Translations under genes and position numbers: made by a program
Source of the DNA: an uncultured Prevotellaceae bacterium
GTDB lineage: Bacteria; Bacteroidota; Bacteroidia; Bacteroidales; Bacteroidaceae
NCBI GenBank assembly: GCA_946541275.1
Contig: CAMNJH010000001.1
Span: 1-62,143, forward strand
Direction of reading: 5' to 3'
DNA: 62,143 nt
Part shown: positions 29,801 to 38,571 of the stretch, piece after piece
Numbering within the stretch: position 1 is the first letter of the stretch
How the letters are laid out: every line of letters starts with the position of its first letter
The notes under the pieces: model-generated
Told to the model about the DNA's origin: nothing
Databases searched by the model: none
Seen by the model: only the letters and a program-made list of their open reading frames with translations

Positions 29801-31764
29801 CCTTCTTTCGCAGTCTTCAGGATGGTGTTGTTCTCAACGCTGTACTTCGGGTTGGCGCTGGCCTGGCCCTGGTTCAAGCTGGCCAGGAAGTTGTCCTTGC
29901 CGCAGTTGGCGATGATGTTGTTCTTCACCTCGAAGGTCAGCCATGTCTGGCCGCTCTGACGGTGCGTGAAGAAGTTCTTGCCGGAAGCGATGTTGCTCAG
30001 GGTAGAGTTGGTGAATGAGAACACCTGCTCCTCGAGTCCAGCCTCAGTGGCCTTCTTGCCGCTCTGGCTGGTGTAGAACGAGTTGCCAGTAGCAGTAGCA
30101 GCCCAGATGGTACTGTTGCTCACACCCACTTTGGCAGCAACGCCACCATTGCGGAAGTCAAGCACGAAGGGATTGCCGGCCAGCTCGATGACGCTGTTCT
30201 TGATGGCAACCTCGGGAATGAGATAGTTCTGCTTGTTGGAAGAGAACAGAGGCTGAGCCAGAGCGTTGATCTTGACGTTCTCGAAGATCACGTTGTTGAT
30301 GGCCACGAAGCCGTTGGCATCCTTCTCGGCGTCCTCAGCAATCTCTGCCAGCTGAACGAACGGAGCAGCCAGTGCTGATGCGTCGATGGTAGCAGGAGCA
30401 GAAGCCACACCAGTCAGCGTGACATTGCTGTTAGCCACGATGCCCTCGGTGATGGTGTACTTGCCATTGCCCTCCAGCGTGAAGTCCTTCACGTCGGGAT
30501 AAGCAGCGAGGTGAGCATTGATGTAGTTGCCAATCTCAGAGCCGCTGATGATGAGGCCGTCAGCGCGCATAGGAGCCTGGTCGCCATAAATCTTCACCAC
30601 TTGGAGAACGATGTCGCCACCCTCATAGCCGAAGGTCTTGTCTTCCAGCATGTTCATGGTGCGGCAAACAATCTTGTAGCTCTTTGACTTGTCCAGTCCG
30701 TCGGCGATAAGCAGGGTTGACTTGTCCCAGGTGCTCTTGGTCAGGGCGATGTCGCCAGTCTTGGTAGCCACGGGAACGTCTGAGCCTACTTCGTAAACCT
30801 CAATCTGGGCATAGCCGGCTTTGCTGGCCGAGCCAGAGAAGTAGAACTTAGCCTTGTCAGTGCCTGTAACAAAGAAAGCGGGATAGCGGCTCTTGCCCAC
30901 TACCATCAGGCCGCTGGTGCTGCCAGTCTTTGAAGTCACAGTGAAGTAGCCACCCCAGTTGGAGGCTGCACTGCCAATAATCATCTCATCGCAGGAAACT
31001 TCCTTGTCGACGATATCAGTACCTACCGAGAAAAGTTCCATCTTGGTGACGGTGCAGTTCGCCCAGTTGGCACCCTTGATGGCGTGCAGGTGGGCATAGC
31101 CCTTGTCCTGAACCAGCTTCTGGAGGTCAACAATCCACTTGTCACCCTCCTGAGAGAAATACTTGCTGGACCATCCTCCTTTGGTGTTGTCAATCAGGTG
31201 AGACTCAGCCTCATTTTCATTCCACTGGCCTTCAGTCACGTCTCTGTTCATCAGAATACGTGGTGCACCCTCGGTGCAGGTAACCTCAAGACGGAGGTAG
31301 CCCGACAGGTCGGCAAATGCATTGACTGACGGGTCGCCATAAGGCTGACCTGTAGATTCGTTGAGCACATAGGCACAGCCAGGGAATGGCTGGTCGCTCT
31401 TCTTGGTAGCGTTCTGATCCCATCCGTCCCACTCGAACATCATGTCCTTGGTAAGATCCTCAGCCACTTCACCATAAGCTTTGTAGGTTGTGGTGGTTTC
31501 TGAATAGAAATCGAACCACACATTCGGGCGGTTGGTCTGCTGGATGGTGCCTTTCTCAGTCGACCCATCATAGCTGTACTCAACCCACTGCATTGCGTCA
31601 GCTGTCAGCGACCAGCTGCCGTCACTGTTCTGCTGTGTCAAGTCATTGGTGATGATAATCTCGGACTGTGCGCCCCAAGGCACAACAGGAGTTCGAGGAG
31701 TCACACCAGCACTGACACTTACTGCGGCAGCTGCTAGGGCTGCCATTGCGAAAAGTTTTTTCAT
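26887..31764 (-). CDS. Large secreted multidomain protein: two DUF4957/DUF5123-like beta-helix modules, other CBM-like modules, T9SS-type C-terminus
   Basis: Signal peptide; two internal repeats each ending GDPRW; C-terminus AIYNLNGQKV...KGQLYIQNGKKFIVK; no catalytic motif recognised. Confidence 0.8.
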   Translation of the reverse strand: MKKLFAMAALAAAAVSVSAGVTPRTPVVPWGAQSEIIITNDLTQQNSDGSWSLTADAMQWVEYSYDGSTEKGTIQQTNRPNVWFDFYSETTTTYKAYGEVAEDLTKDMMFEWDGWDQNATKKSDQPFPGCAYVLNESTGQPYGDPSVNAFADLSGYLRLEVTCTEGAPRILMNRDVTEGQWNENEAESHLIDNTKGGWSSKYFSQEGDKWIVDLQKLVQDKGYAHLHAIKGANWANCTVTKMELFSVGTDIVDKEVSCDEMIIGSAASNWGGYFTVTSKTGSTSGLMVVGKSRYPAFFVTGTDKAKFYFSGSASKAGYAQIEVYEVGSDVPVATKTGDIALTKSTWDKSTLLIADGLDKSKSYKIVCRTMNMLEDKTFGYEGGDIVLQVVKIYGDQAPMRADGLIISGSEIGNYINAHLAAYPDVKDFTLEGNGKYTITEGIVANSNVTLTGVASAPATIDASALAAPFVQLAEIAEDAEKDANGFVAINNVIFENVKINALAQPLFSSNKQNYLIPEVAIKNSVIELAGNPFVLDFRNGGVAAKVGVSNSTIWAATATGNSFYTSQSGKKATEAGLEEQVFSFTNSTLSNIASGKNFFTHRQSGQTWLTFEVKNNIIANCGKDNFLASLNQGQASANPKYSVENNTILKTAKEGEGDEAIDVLSNINDAQATSDEAEEIVNPVAGVPFTLANALAGKFTVTASSQQAKNMIGDPRWLVPYATDAIKIEVDKSENTDFIAAINAALEQSEQPSSIEVSFWEAGEYPTTAELNTTAPVRFLNGSDIDAGAATIVVKNGMTLGGSIEFNGVNIDATDLNAPVITLAGNEYKMQSNGFYNMGAIKFLNMNVKGVAQQLVYGNKVKNQISELLVENSVIKLVGSNKVAFDFNGGGAIGAFNIKKSTIFADPASEASLFSTQSGNKATEAGFTTQNFAIDNSTLYNIAVGKNFYTHRQANQTWIAYYLRNNIFMNVGKSGQVVKGINQGQSGKNPKWTVNGNVFLYANENGELKDTSADESTGDSDEPVQNSIATNGATFAGLADGNFNGTLFTENPISANPGDPRWTIELTFKPTTAKYIYNAFSGKFLSRGDSWGTRAVGDDYGLPFNVTEADGKYTLNLIDWEGTCYGDDYWMYADCSGDRARSYYLEATTGGFFLRNANRPVEDNRMYIYLKDDADKYAIAGNAIVGDGEDANCADEAQTVWQFLSQEERDAIVKEKDLLENASAMIAAGYEAADIDELEPGEEKQLTFKTGSAWQFTPKRNGSNAVTNEFGTEIYQGTGSFTQTVEGLEPGLYLVGMQGFYRDGWNEKVAELYKKGYNLSTSYIDANGNRAQILSWGAAYTESTDAEGKVIYKPNSMAEAAESFAADNYGCGVMTYVGEDGKLNLTVCVPTFNNGGWFIADNVTYAKLDKKADAPAGDVTYALVEGDTFTSGQIVEVKPNEEVVATIQYGEEGGNDFNAAVADEHASEWGYTASTGGNGTNGNKPGGTFYTIVPKYDGVIAAAIVLNADKKFHLTVDGEQNPVFDNNTVSEKYYGPVQFNVEAGKAYKFYCDGSKLGFYGFNYKYGPDVEPITEVSIAEQIVTVGIENVQTTTANAAIYNLNGQKVSTLQKGQLYIQNGKKFIVK

Positions 31765-31802
31765 GCTGTTGTTAGTTTAAGTTAATAATAAGTAAGTTAA
31801 TG

Positions 31803-33152
31803 TTATAAGTTAACGTATTTCTTTCCATTCTTTACGATGATGCCCTTCTGCTGGGGGCTGACGCGCTGGCCCTGCAGATTGTAGACGGTGCTGCTGGCGC
31901 TGCCGCTGGTGGTCACCGAGCGGATGGCATCCTGCTGCTGCCCACTGCCCAGACGGCGGTTGGCCCAGGGCTCCTCGGGCATATCGCCAGAGACGGGATT
32001 GCCGAAGGCAGCCAGATGCTCAGTAGTGAAGGAATTGGGGAATGCGTTGTAGTCGCCGGCATTCATGTACTCAGTCTGAGCGCCGTCGGTGCCGCAGACC
32101 AAGGCGATGCCCACCAGATAGAGGCGGCGCTTGATGGCGATGCGTATGGGCATGTCAGCGCTCCAGTTCACCTTCTTGCCCCACTTGTTGGTGTAGGCGT
32201 TATAGCCAGTGGCCGAGGTGTAGTCGGCCTCTGGATTGTCGGTGGTGGGGTTGCTGTCGGCAGCCTCGGCAAAGTAGTAGGTCATCTCCAGCTCGGAAAG
32301 ACCGTCGATGGGCAGCTTGGTGAACTCGGTGGGCTTGCCCTCTTCCAGCTCTGAGTCATAGCGGGTGCTGCGCAGGCTGTTGGTCAGGTCAACGCTGAGC
32401 TTGAAGGGCTGGTCGATGGTGACCAGGGCGGCGTTGTAACCCGTGAGGAAAGCGTCGTCGGCAAGGGCGGAGTAGTTCAGGGCGCAGTTGCTCAGGTCGT
32501 AGTAGTATTCGTCCCATGTCCAGCCGTCAACAGCGCTGGGGTCGGGGGTGCCGCCAGAGATGAGCGTGGTTCCCACGGAGGCGTCACGATAGGCATTGTT
32601 CGACTTGATGGTGCCGTCCTCGTTCATGTACTGTGCCTCAATGCGGCCGCCGTTGCTGGGCAGACGGTCGTGGTTGAAGTTGTAGCCATGGCTGGTGCAC
32701 TTGGCGTTGGGCAGGGGCACGAAGTAGAGGATGGCTTTCTTCAGGTTCTTGTAGCCGGCGGAGTAGTCGTACTCCTGACCCTCCAAGGTCATGTAGGTGC
32801 CATAGAGACACAGCTTGTCCTCCATCAGCGTGATGCCGCGATAGTAGCCTTTGTTCAGTGTGAAGCCCGTTTCGGGATCGGTATAGTCGTTACGGAAGGC
32901 CACCTGATAGTTCCAGTCGGTGGCGTCCATGCCGTTCAGGGCCATGCCGGCGTCGTTAAATGGGTTTTGCAGCATGGAGGCGTTCCAATAGAGTGTGTCG
33001 GTGGGGTAGGCCGGGTCTACGGTAACGGTATCACACGTGAGGTATATGACACGATTACGCTCCAGCTTAAACGATTTGTCGACTGCATCCTGAGCAGAAG
33101 CAGCGGCAAAGCTAAACAATAAAATGGTGATTAGCGTAGAAAATTTCTTCAT
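31803..33152 (-). CDS. Secreted hypothetical protein with T9SS-type C-terminal domain
   Basis: Signal peptide ending ASAQ; C-terminus TVYNLQGQRV...KGIIVKNGKKYVNL; core unrecognised. Confidence 0.78.
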   Translation of the reverse strand: MKKFSTLITILLFSFAAASAQDAVDKSFKLERNRVIYLTCDTVTVDPAYPTDTLYWNASMLQNPFNDAGMALNGMDATDWNYQVAFRNDYTDPETGFTLNKGYYRGITLMEDKLCLYGTYMTLEGQEYDYSAGYKNLKKAILYFVPLPNAKCTSHGYNFNHDRLPSNGGRIEAQYMNEDGTIKSNNAYRDASVGTTLISGGTPDPSAVDGWTWDEYYYDLSNCALNYSALADDAFLTGYNAALVTIDQPFKLSVDLTNSLRSTRYDSELEEGKPTEFTKLPIDGLSELEMTYYFAEAADSNPTTDNPEADYTSATGYNAYTNKWGKKVNWSADMPIRIAIKRRLYLVGIALVCGTDGAQTEYMNAGDYNAFPNSFTTEHLAAFGNPVSGDMPEEPWANRRLGSGQQQDAIRSVTTSGSASSTVYNLQGQRVSPQQKGIIVKNGKKYVNL

Positions 33153-33188
33153 AAGCAGTTGTGTTTTTAGTTCTTCGTTCGCTTTTGG

Positions 33189-33232
33189 CGGTAAAATTAA
33201 GCATAATTTGTTTATTACGCTTAATTTTACCG
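33189..33232. terminator. 14-bp perfect inverted repeat downstream of susD (terminator or processing hairpin)
   Basis: cggtaaaattaagc (33189-33202) / gcttaattttaccg (33219-33232). Confidence 0.55.
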
Positions 33233-33255
33233 AAGATTTTAAGTTTTATTAAATG

Positions 33256-35196
33256 TTAGTATCCATTTGTTCCAAATTCCTCTGCGTTGGCAATCTGGTC
33301 GAGGAACTCCTGAGGCACGGGGCGCAGCAGATGGCGCTGGTTGAAAATGGTGATGAAGGGGTTCTTCTCCGAGAGATAACTCTGTGTGAGTCGGCCGGTG
33401 CGCTTCAGGTCGTACCAGCGCCACTGCTCACCGCAGAGCTCACGCGCGCGTTCCTTTAGTATAAAGTCAATGTTCAGGTCGTTGGCGGTGACCTCCATCT
33501 TGTCAGCATCGGTCGACAGGGCTGCGTGGCGGCGAACGGCGTTCAGCAACTGCAGGCCTTCCGTCTGGTGCTGGCCGCTGATGACGGTGGCCTCGGCGGC
33601 AGTGAGATAGATGTCAGTGAGGCGGATGATGGCGATGTCCTGCTCACACTCCTGATTAGAGTGCAGGTATTTCACGCACGAGAACTTCTTGAGCGATGGC
33701 TGCAGCGTGCGGAAGTTGCTGTTCTTGGCACGTCCGCCCACTTTCTTGTCAGGACCGTCGCCCACCTTGTCCATGTACATGTTGGGGCCTGCTGCCAGGA
33801 ACTTCTGCTGAGCGCACCAGGCTGAGTCCAGGTCCCAGTTGGGAGTGAAGCAGCCCATGGCGTCGGCCTTGTCCTCCAGCTCGAACACGGCATCGGTGGC
33901 CACGCCATTGTCGGCGTAGAAGTTGAAGCCTGTTCCACGCAGGTCGAGGGCGGTCTTGACATTGCCCGTGATGGTATAACTAGCGGGTCGGCGAGTGTTG
34001 TAGAGCGACACATCCTTGCCATAGGTGGCCCAGGTGCTGCGTGAGATGACATGCTGCTTGGTGCCGATGTAGTACTTGTAATAGAAACTGTCAGAGAAGC
34101 GTGTGTCGGGGGTGTTCTCGCTGGGCTCGAAGCACTGCTGCAGCAGATAGAGCGTGGGCCGCCAGACGGTGGCATTGGCACGGCCATAGCGCCAGCCGTC
34201 ACTGCTGATTCCGAAGTTCTGGGCGGCTGATGAGATGGCCATCTGGTAGTACTGGCGTGAGCGGCCGCGGTTCCACCATTCGGGGTTGTAGCCATTCACG
34301 TGGTCGATGGCCTCAATGAACAGGTTCTCCTGATTCTGCTTGTTATTCTCGGGTAGCCAGTACTTTGTGCTGCCGCTCTGCGTGGCATCACTCTGGTAGA
34401 GCTTCTTGGCGTCGATGACCTTGCGTGCGGTCTCATAGGCCAGCTCAGCGTACTGCTTCCTCTCTGCCGAGCCTTCGGCATAGAGGCGGGTGCGCTGCAG
34501 ATAGGCTTTCGACAACATGGCCAGAGCCGAATACTTGGTGACGCGACCACGGTCGCCCTGTGTTTCAGGCAGGTTTTCGGCGGCAAACTTCAGGTCACTG
34601 ATGATTTGGTCGTAGAACTGCTCCTCGGTGGCACGCTCAGCACGCTCCACGGCTCCGGCCTGAGCCACGGAAGTGTTGTTGAGCACCACGCCGCCCCAGT
34701 TCTCCACGATGTGCCAGTTGGCAAAGCCACGCAGGAAGTAGGCCTCGGCCACTTTGGCCAGGCGGGTGCTGTCATTGCCCCGGCCCTGATAGAAGATGGC
34801 GGTGTTGCAGTAGGCCACGGTGCCATAAAGGGCGTTCCATACCACGCGGACCACGCCCGTCGAGGTGTTCAGGTTTTCATTGTAGTTGGTCAGCTCGCCA
34901 TGGCTGCCATTGCGGCCGTCGTTCATCCACAGGTCAGTGCCCATTTCCATCAGGTCAATGCCGTCCATTTTGCCATAAAGGTAATAGATGTTCTCGTAAC
35001 AGGCCTCTACCAGACCGTTGAAGCCGGCCGTGGTGGGATAGACGATTTCCTGATCAAGCGAGGAGTAGTTGGTCTCGTCGATGGAGCACGAGGTGAACGC
35101 CACGCTGGATGACAGGATACAAATGACAAATGATAATGCTGCGCCCAGGCCACAGCTAGCGGAATGGTATTTCATACGTGTCATGGTAATCATCAT
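33256..35196 (-). CDS. SusD/RagB family glycan-binding lipoprotein
   Basis: Lipobox AFTSC; AEAYFLRG, IRLTDIYLTAAEA, ILKERARELCGEQWRWYDLKRTG; true start may be a downstream ATG (e.g. 35175). Confidence 0.93.
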   Translation of the reverse strand: MMITMTRMKYHSASCGLGAALSFVICILSSSVAFTSCSIDETNYSSLDQEIVYPTTAGFNGLVEACYENIYYLYGKMDGIDLMEMGTDLWMNDGRNGSHGELTNYNENLNTSTGVVRVVWNALYGTVAYCNTAIFYQGRGNDSTRLAKVAEAYFLRGFANWHIVENWGGVVLNNTSVAQAGAVERAERATEEQFYDQIISDLKFAAENLPETQGDRGRVTKYSALAMLSKAYLQRTRLYAEGSAERKQYAELAYETARKVIDAKKLYQSDATQSGSTKYWLPENNKQNQENLFIEAIDHVNGYNPEWWNRGRSRQYYQMAISSAAQNFGISSDGWRYGRANATVWRPTLYLLQQCFEPSENTPDTRFSDSFYYKYYIGTKQHVISRSTWATYGKDVSLYNTRRPASYTITGNVKTALDLRGTGFNFYADNGVATDAVFELEDKADAMGCFTPNWDLDSAWCAQQKFLAAGPNMYMDKVGDGPDKKVGGRAKNSNFRTLQPSLKKFSCVKYLHSNQECEQDIAIIRLTDIYLTAAEATVISGQHQTEGLQLLNAVRRHAALSTDADKMEVTANDLNIDFILKERARELCGEQWRWYDLKRTGRLTQSYLSEKNPFITIFNQRHLLRPVPQEFLDQIANAEEFGTNGY

Positions 35197-35220
35197 TAAT
35201 TACTGATTCCTAATTTCTAA

Positions 35221-38200
35221 TTAAAAGGATACGTTCACGCCAAAAACGAGCGTCTTGTAGAGCGGGAATTTGTCGCTGGCATTCGACTCAGGATCCATGC
35301 CCTTCAGCAGCTTGTGCTCCTTGGACAGGATGAGCGGGTTGGTGATGGTGCCGTAGAGGCGTAGCTTGGTCATGCCCAGCTTCTGCAGCACGGAGCGCTG
35401 GAAGGTGTAGCCCAGGGTGATGTTCTTCACCTTGAAGAACGAGCCGTCCACATAGTACATCGACTCCTTCTGGGCCGAGGTCATGCTGTATCCCTGGATG
35501 GGGCGGGGATAGGCGTTGGTGGGGTTCGACTCCGTCCAGTAGTCGTATACGTCGGGCTGGTTGGTGCTGCTGACGTACGACAGCAGCTCACCGTTGATCA
35601 TCTGGCCCCAGCGCATGTTCATCATGATGCTCAGGTCAAAGCCGTAGAAGGTGAACTGGTTCTGGAAGCCGATGTTCCAGTCAGGAGTACGGGCACCCAG
35701 AACCTGCCGGTCGGTATTGGCGTTCACCACGTAGGTGTTCTCGCGGGTGTAGTAAATCTGGTTACCGTCGTCGTCCACTTCGCCGGGCACGTAGTAGGCG
35801 CCCTTGTATTCGCCGGTCACGTTGCCGTCGTCGTCATGCGTCTGGTAAGTGTAGTTGGGGTCCCACACCAGGCGTGGAATCTCCACCTTCACCGTTCCCA
35901 CCTCGTTGCCAAAGCATTTGGCCATGTCTTCCTCGTCCTTCTGCCAGATGCCCAATTTCTTGTAGCCATAGAAGGTGTTGACGGGCTGGCCCAGGAAGAG
36001 GTTCAAGGCTACCAGGTTGTCCACCGACACATTGTTGCCCAGGTTAATCTCGGCCAGCTCTTCCTTGTTCTTGGCAAAGGTGAAAGTGCTGGTCCAGGTG
36101 AAGTTTTTCTTCACGATGTTGCGGGTGTTCAGCGTCAGCTCTATGCCTCGGTTCTTGATGCGGGCAATGTTCGAGGTCTTCTTGTAGGTGGTCTTGGCAT
36201 TGTAGACGCCGTAGGCCGTGGGCAGTGGGCGGTCGTAGAGCACGTCCTTGGTGTCGGTGGTGTAGTATTCAATAGAACCGTCGATGCGTCCGTTCAGGAA
36301 GCCGAAGTCAATACCGTAGTTCCAGTTGTAGCTTTTCTCCCACGACAGAATGGGGTTGGTCACGTGCTCCGTGAGCTTGTAGGGAGTCATGTCGGTGTCG
36401 CCCAGTGTGATGTGTGTGGCCGAGGGCTCCACCATCTGCAGGGAAGAGTAGGGCGCAATGTTCGAGTTGCCCGTCACACCGTAGCCTACGCGCAACTTCA
36501 GGTTGTTGACCCACGACTTGGCCGACTCCATGAAGGGCTCGTCGCTGAGGCGCCAGCCCAGTGATACGGCGGGGAACGAGTGCCAGCGGTGGTCCTTGTC
36601 AAGCACCGACGAGCCGTCCCAGCGCACGGAGGCCGACAGCAGATAGCGTCCCATCAGATTGTAGGCGCCGCGCAGGGCATACGACATCTTCGATGTCTCG
36701 GTGTACTTTGTGGTGGTCTCCTTATTGTCTGTTCCGGTGAAGTTGTAGTAGATGCTCTCGTCGTAGTCAAACTGCTCATTCCACATATTGCTCGATTCGC
36801 CGGTGCTCTTGCCATATTCCGTGACGCCGGTCAGGGTGATGTCGTGCAGCTCGCCCAGTTGGAAGTTGTAGTTCAGCACGTTCTGCCAGCTGTAGCCCCA
36901 GCCGTGGCTGTTGCTGTAGGTGGCCGAGCGCTGATTGGGCGACTGCGAGCCTGTCAGCTCCATGTAGGTGTTCAGGCCGTCCCATTCGGCATTGCGCGAA
37001 GTGGAGACGCTGGCGCTGATCAGCGACTTGAACGACAGGCCCTTCAGCGGCTTGAATTCCACGAACGGGGCAATGTTGAGCGATGTGGACTTCGTATTGT
37101 GCTGATAGGCAAAGGGAACGTCATCGGCCATGATGTTCACATAGCTGTTCATGTCGTCGATGGGGTAGATTCTCAGCGAGCCGTCGTCGTTCCACACCTT
37201 GCCCAAGGGCAGCTGGTTGAGCGACTTGCTCAGGCGCGAGTTGCGGCGGTCGCGGTTCTTGTAGGCCACAGTCGACTGGAAGCCTATGCTCACCATCTTG
37301 TTCACTTTGTAGTTCGAGCCGGCACGGAAGGTCAGTGCATCAGCACGGTCCTTGCGGTATAGGCCCTTCTCCTGCTGATAGCCCGCGCTGACGTAGCTCT
37401 GGCTGCGGTCGGTGCCACCCCTGACGCTCACGTTGTAGTTCTGCTGAATGCCGGTTTGCAGTATTTCGTCGCGCCAGTTCACCCACTGATTATTATTGTA
37501 GGCGTCAATGGCGCCGTCGGTCAGTTTCAGTCCGTCGCGCAGGGCTTTGTTCACTATGTCGCTCTCATCCTCGGGCATGTACTGGCTGCTGGCCCTATAG
37601 CCCTCCACCACGAAGTCAATCCACTTCTGGCCCGAAAGGGTGGTGGGGTAGCTGGGGAAGGCATTCACGCCCACGTAGGCGTTGAAGTCCACTTGCGTCT
37701 TGCCTACCACGCCTTGGCGGGTGGTGACGATGACCACGCCGTTGGCGCCCTCAGCACCGTAGATGGCTGTTGACGAAGCATCCTTCAGCACCTCGATGGA
37801 TTCTATGTCGTTGGGATTCAGGTTCTCAATATTGCCGCCGGCCACGCCGTCAATGACGAACAGCGGGGCGCAGTCGCTGGTAAGTGAGCGGTTACCACGC
37901 AGCAGGATAGTGGGCGATGCGCCTGCCTGGCCCGAAGAGCGGGTGATGTCCAGACCGGCAATCTTTCCCGACAGGCCCTCCATGGCGTTCAGTACGGGGG
38001 CCTGCTTGATGTCCTCGGCCTTCACCTGCGAGATGGCGCCCAGGGCGTCGCGTTTCTTCACCGTGCCATAGCCAATGACCAGCACCTCGTCCATCATCTT
38101 GCTGTCTGGCTTCATAGCTATCTGCAGGGTCTGCGTGCCTTTTGTCTGCACGGTCATGGGCAGATAGCCCACATAGGTCAGCTCGATGGCCGTCTTGCCG

Positions 38201-38472
38201 CCCATGTTGATGGTGAAGTCGCCGTTCAAGTCGGTGATGGCTCCCATCTGGGTGCCCTTTACTTTGACGCTGACGCCAATCATTGGGTCGCCCAGCTCGT
38301 CGACCACATGTCCTTTTACGGTTTTTGCCTGCTGGTTGACAGCTGTCTGTTCTGGTGTCACCATGGCGTCTGCCATTGCGCTTGCCGGCATGAGCAGTGC
38401 AGCACCGATGCCGAGAATAGCTAGCCAGGGCTTTCTCATGCCCGTGTTAGGCCGTTTACCCGATAAGTTCAT
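35221..38472 (-). CDS. SusC/RagA TonB-dependent transporter
   Basis: EVLVIGYG, PLFVIDG, IESIEVLKDASSTAIYGAEGANGVVIVTT, C-terminal GVNVSF. Confidence 0.96.
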   Translation of the reverse strand: MNLSGKRPNTGMRKPWLAILGIGAALLMPASAMADAMVTPEQTAVNQQAKTVKGHVVDELGDPMIGVSVKVKGTQMGAITDLNGDFTINMGGKTAIELTYVGYLPMTVQTKGTQTLQIAMKPDSKMMDEVLVIGYGTVKKRDALGAISQVKAEDIKQAPVLNAMEGLSGKIAGLDITRSSGQAGASPTILLRGNRSLTSDCAPLFVIDGVAGGNIENLNPNDIESIEVLKDASSTAIYGAEGANGVVIVTTRQGVVGKTQVDFNAYVGVNAFPSYPTTLSGQKWIDFVVEGYRASSQYMPEDESDIVNKALRDGLKLTDGAIDAYNNNQWVNWRDEILQTGIQQNYNVSVRGGTDRSQSYVSAGYQQEKGLYRKDRADALTFRAGSNYKVNKMVSIGFQSTVAYKNRDRRNSRLSKSLNQLPLGKVWNDDGSLRIYPIDDMNSYVNIMADDVPFAYQHNTKSTSLNIAPFVEFKPLKGLSFKSLISASVSTSRNAEWDGLNTYMELTGSQSPNQRSATYSNSHGWGYSWQNVLNYNFQLGELHDITLTGVTEYGKSTGESSNMWNEQFDYDESIYYNFTGTDNKETTTKYTETSKMSYALRGAYNLMGRYLLSASVRWDGSSVLDKDHRWHSFPAVSLGWRLSDEPFMESAKSWVNNLKLRVGYGVTGNSNIAPYSSLQMVEPSATHITLGDTDMTPYKLTEHVTNPILSWEKSYNWNYGIDFGFLNGRIDGSIEYYTTDTKDVLYDRPLPTAYGVYNAKTTYKKTSNIARIKNRGIELTLNTRNIVKKNFTWTSTFTFAKNKEELAEINLGNNVSVDNLVALNLFLGQPVNTFYGYKKLGIWQKDEEDMAKCFGNEVGTVKVEIPRLVWDPNYTYQTHDDDGNVTGEYKGAYYVPGEVDDDGNQIYYTRENTYVVNANTDRQVLGARTPDWNIGFQNQFTFYGFDLSIMMNMRWGQMINGELLSYVSSTNQPDVYDYWTESNPTNAYPRPIQGYSMTSAQKESMYYVDGSFFKVKNITLGYTFQRSVLQKLGMTKLRLYGTITNPLILSKEHKLLKGMDPESNASDKFPLYKTLVFGVNVSF

Positions 38473-38518
38473 ATAGAAAAAGTTTGGTTAGATAGATCGA
38501 TTATTAGTAATTCCTTGG

Positions 38519-38526
38519 CAAAGATA
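38519..38526 (-). promoter_or_regulatory. -7 promoter box for susCD-1
   Basis: caaagata = TATCTTTG on -. Confidence 0.65.
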
Positions 38527-38571
38527 CGCAAAATAATCTTTCCGTGCAAATAATTCTGGGAAAAAGCACTG

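Noticed and set aside
26752-30018. Long + strand ORFs (590 aa at 26752-28524, 368 aa at 28912-30018)
   Set aside because: Antisense shadows of the strongly codon-biased 1625-aa gene, with no motifs. The same applies to the long antisense ORFs over PL1, SusC and GH genes (e.g. 56315-57712, 21883-22917, 47045-48115).
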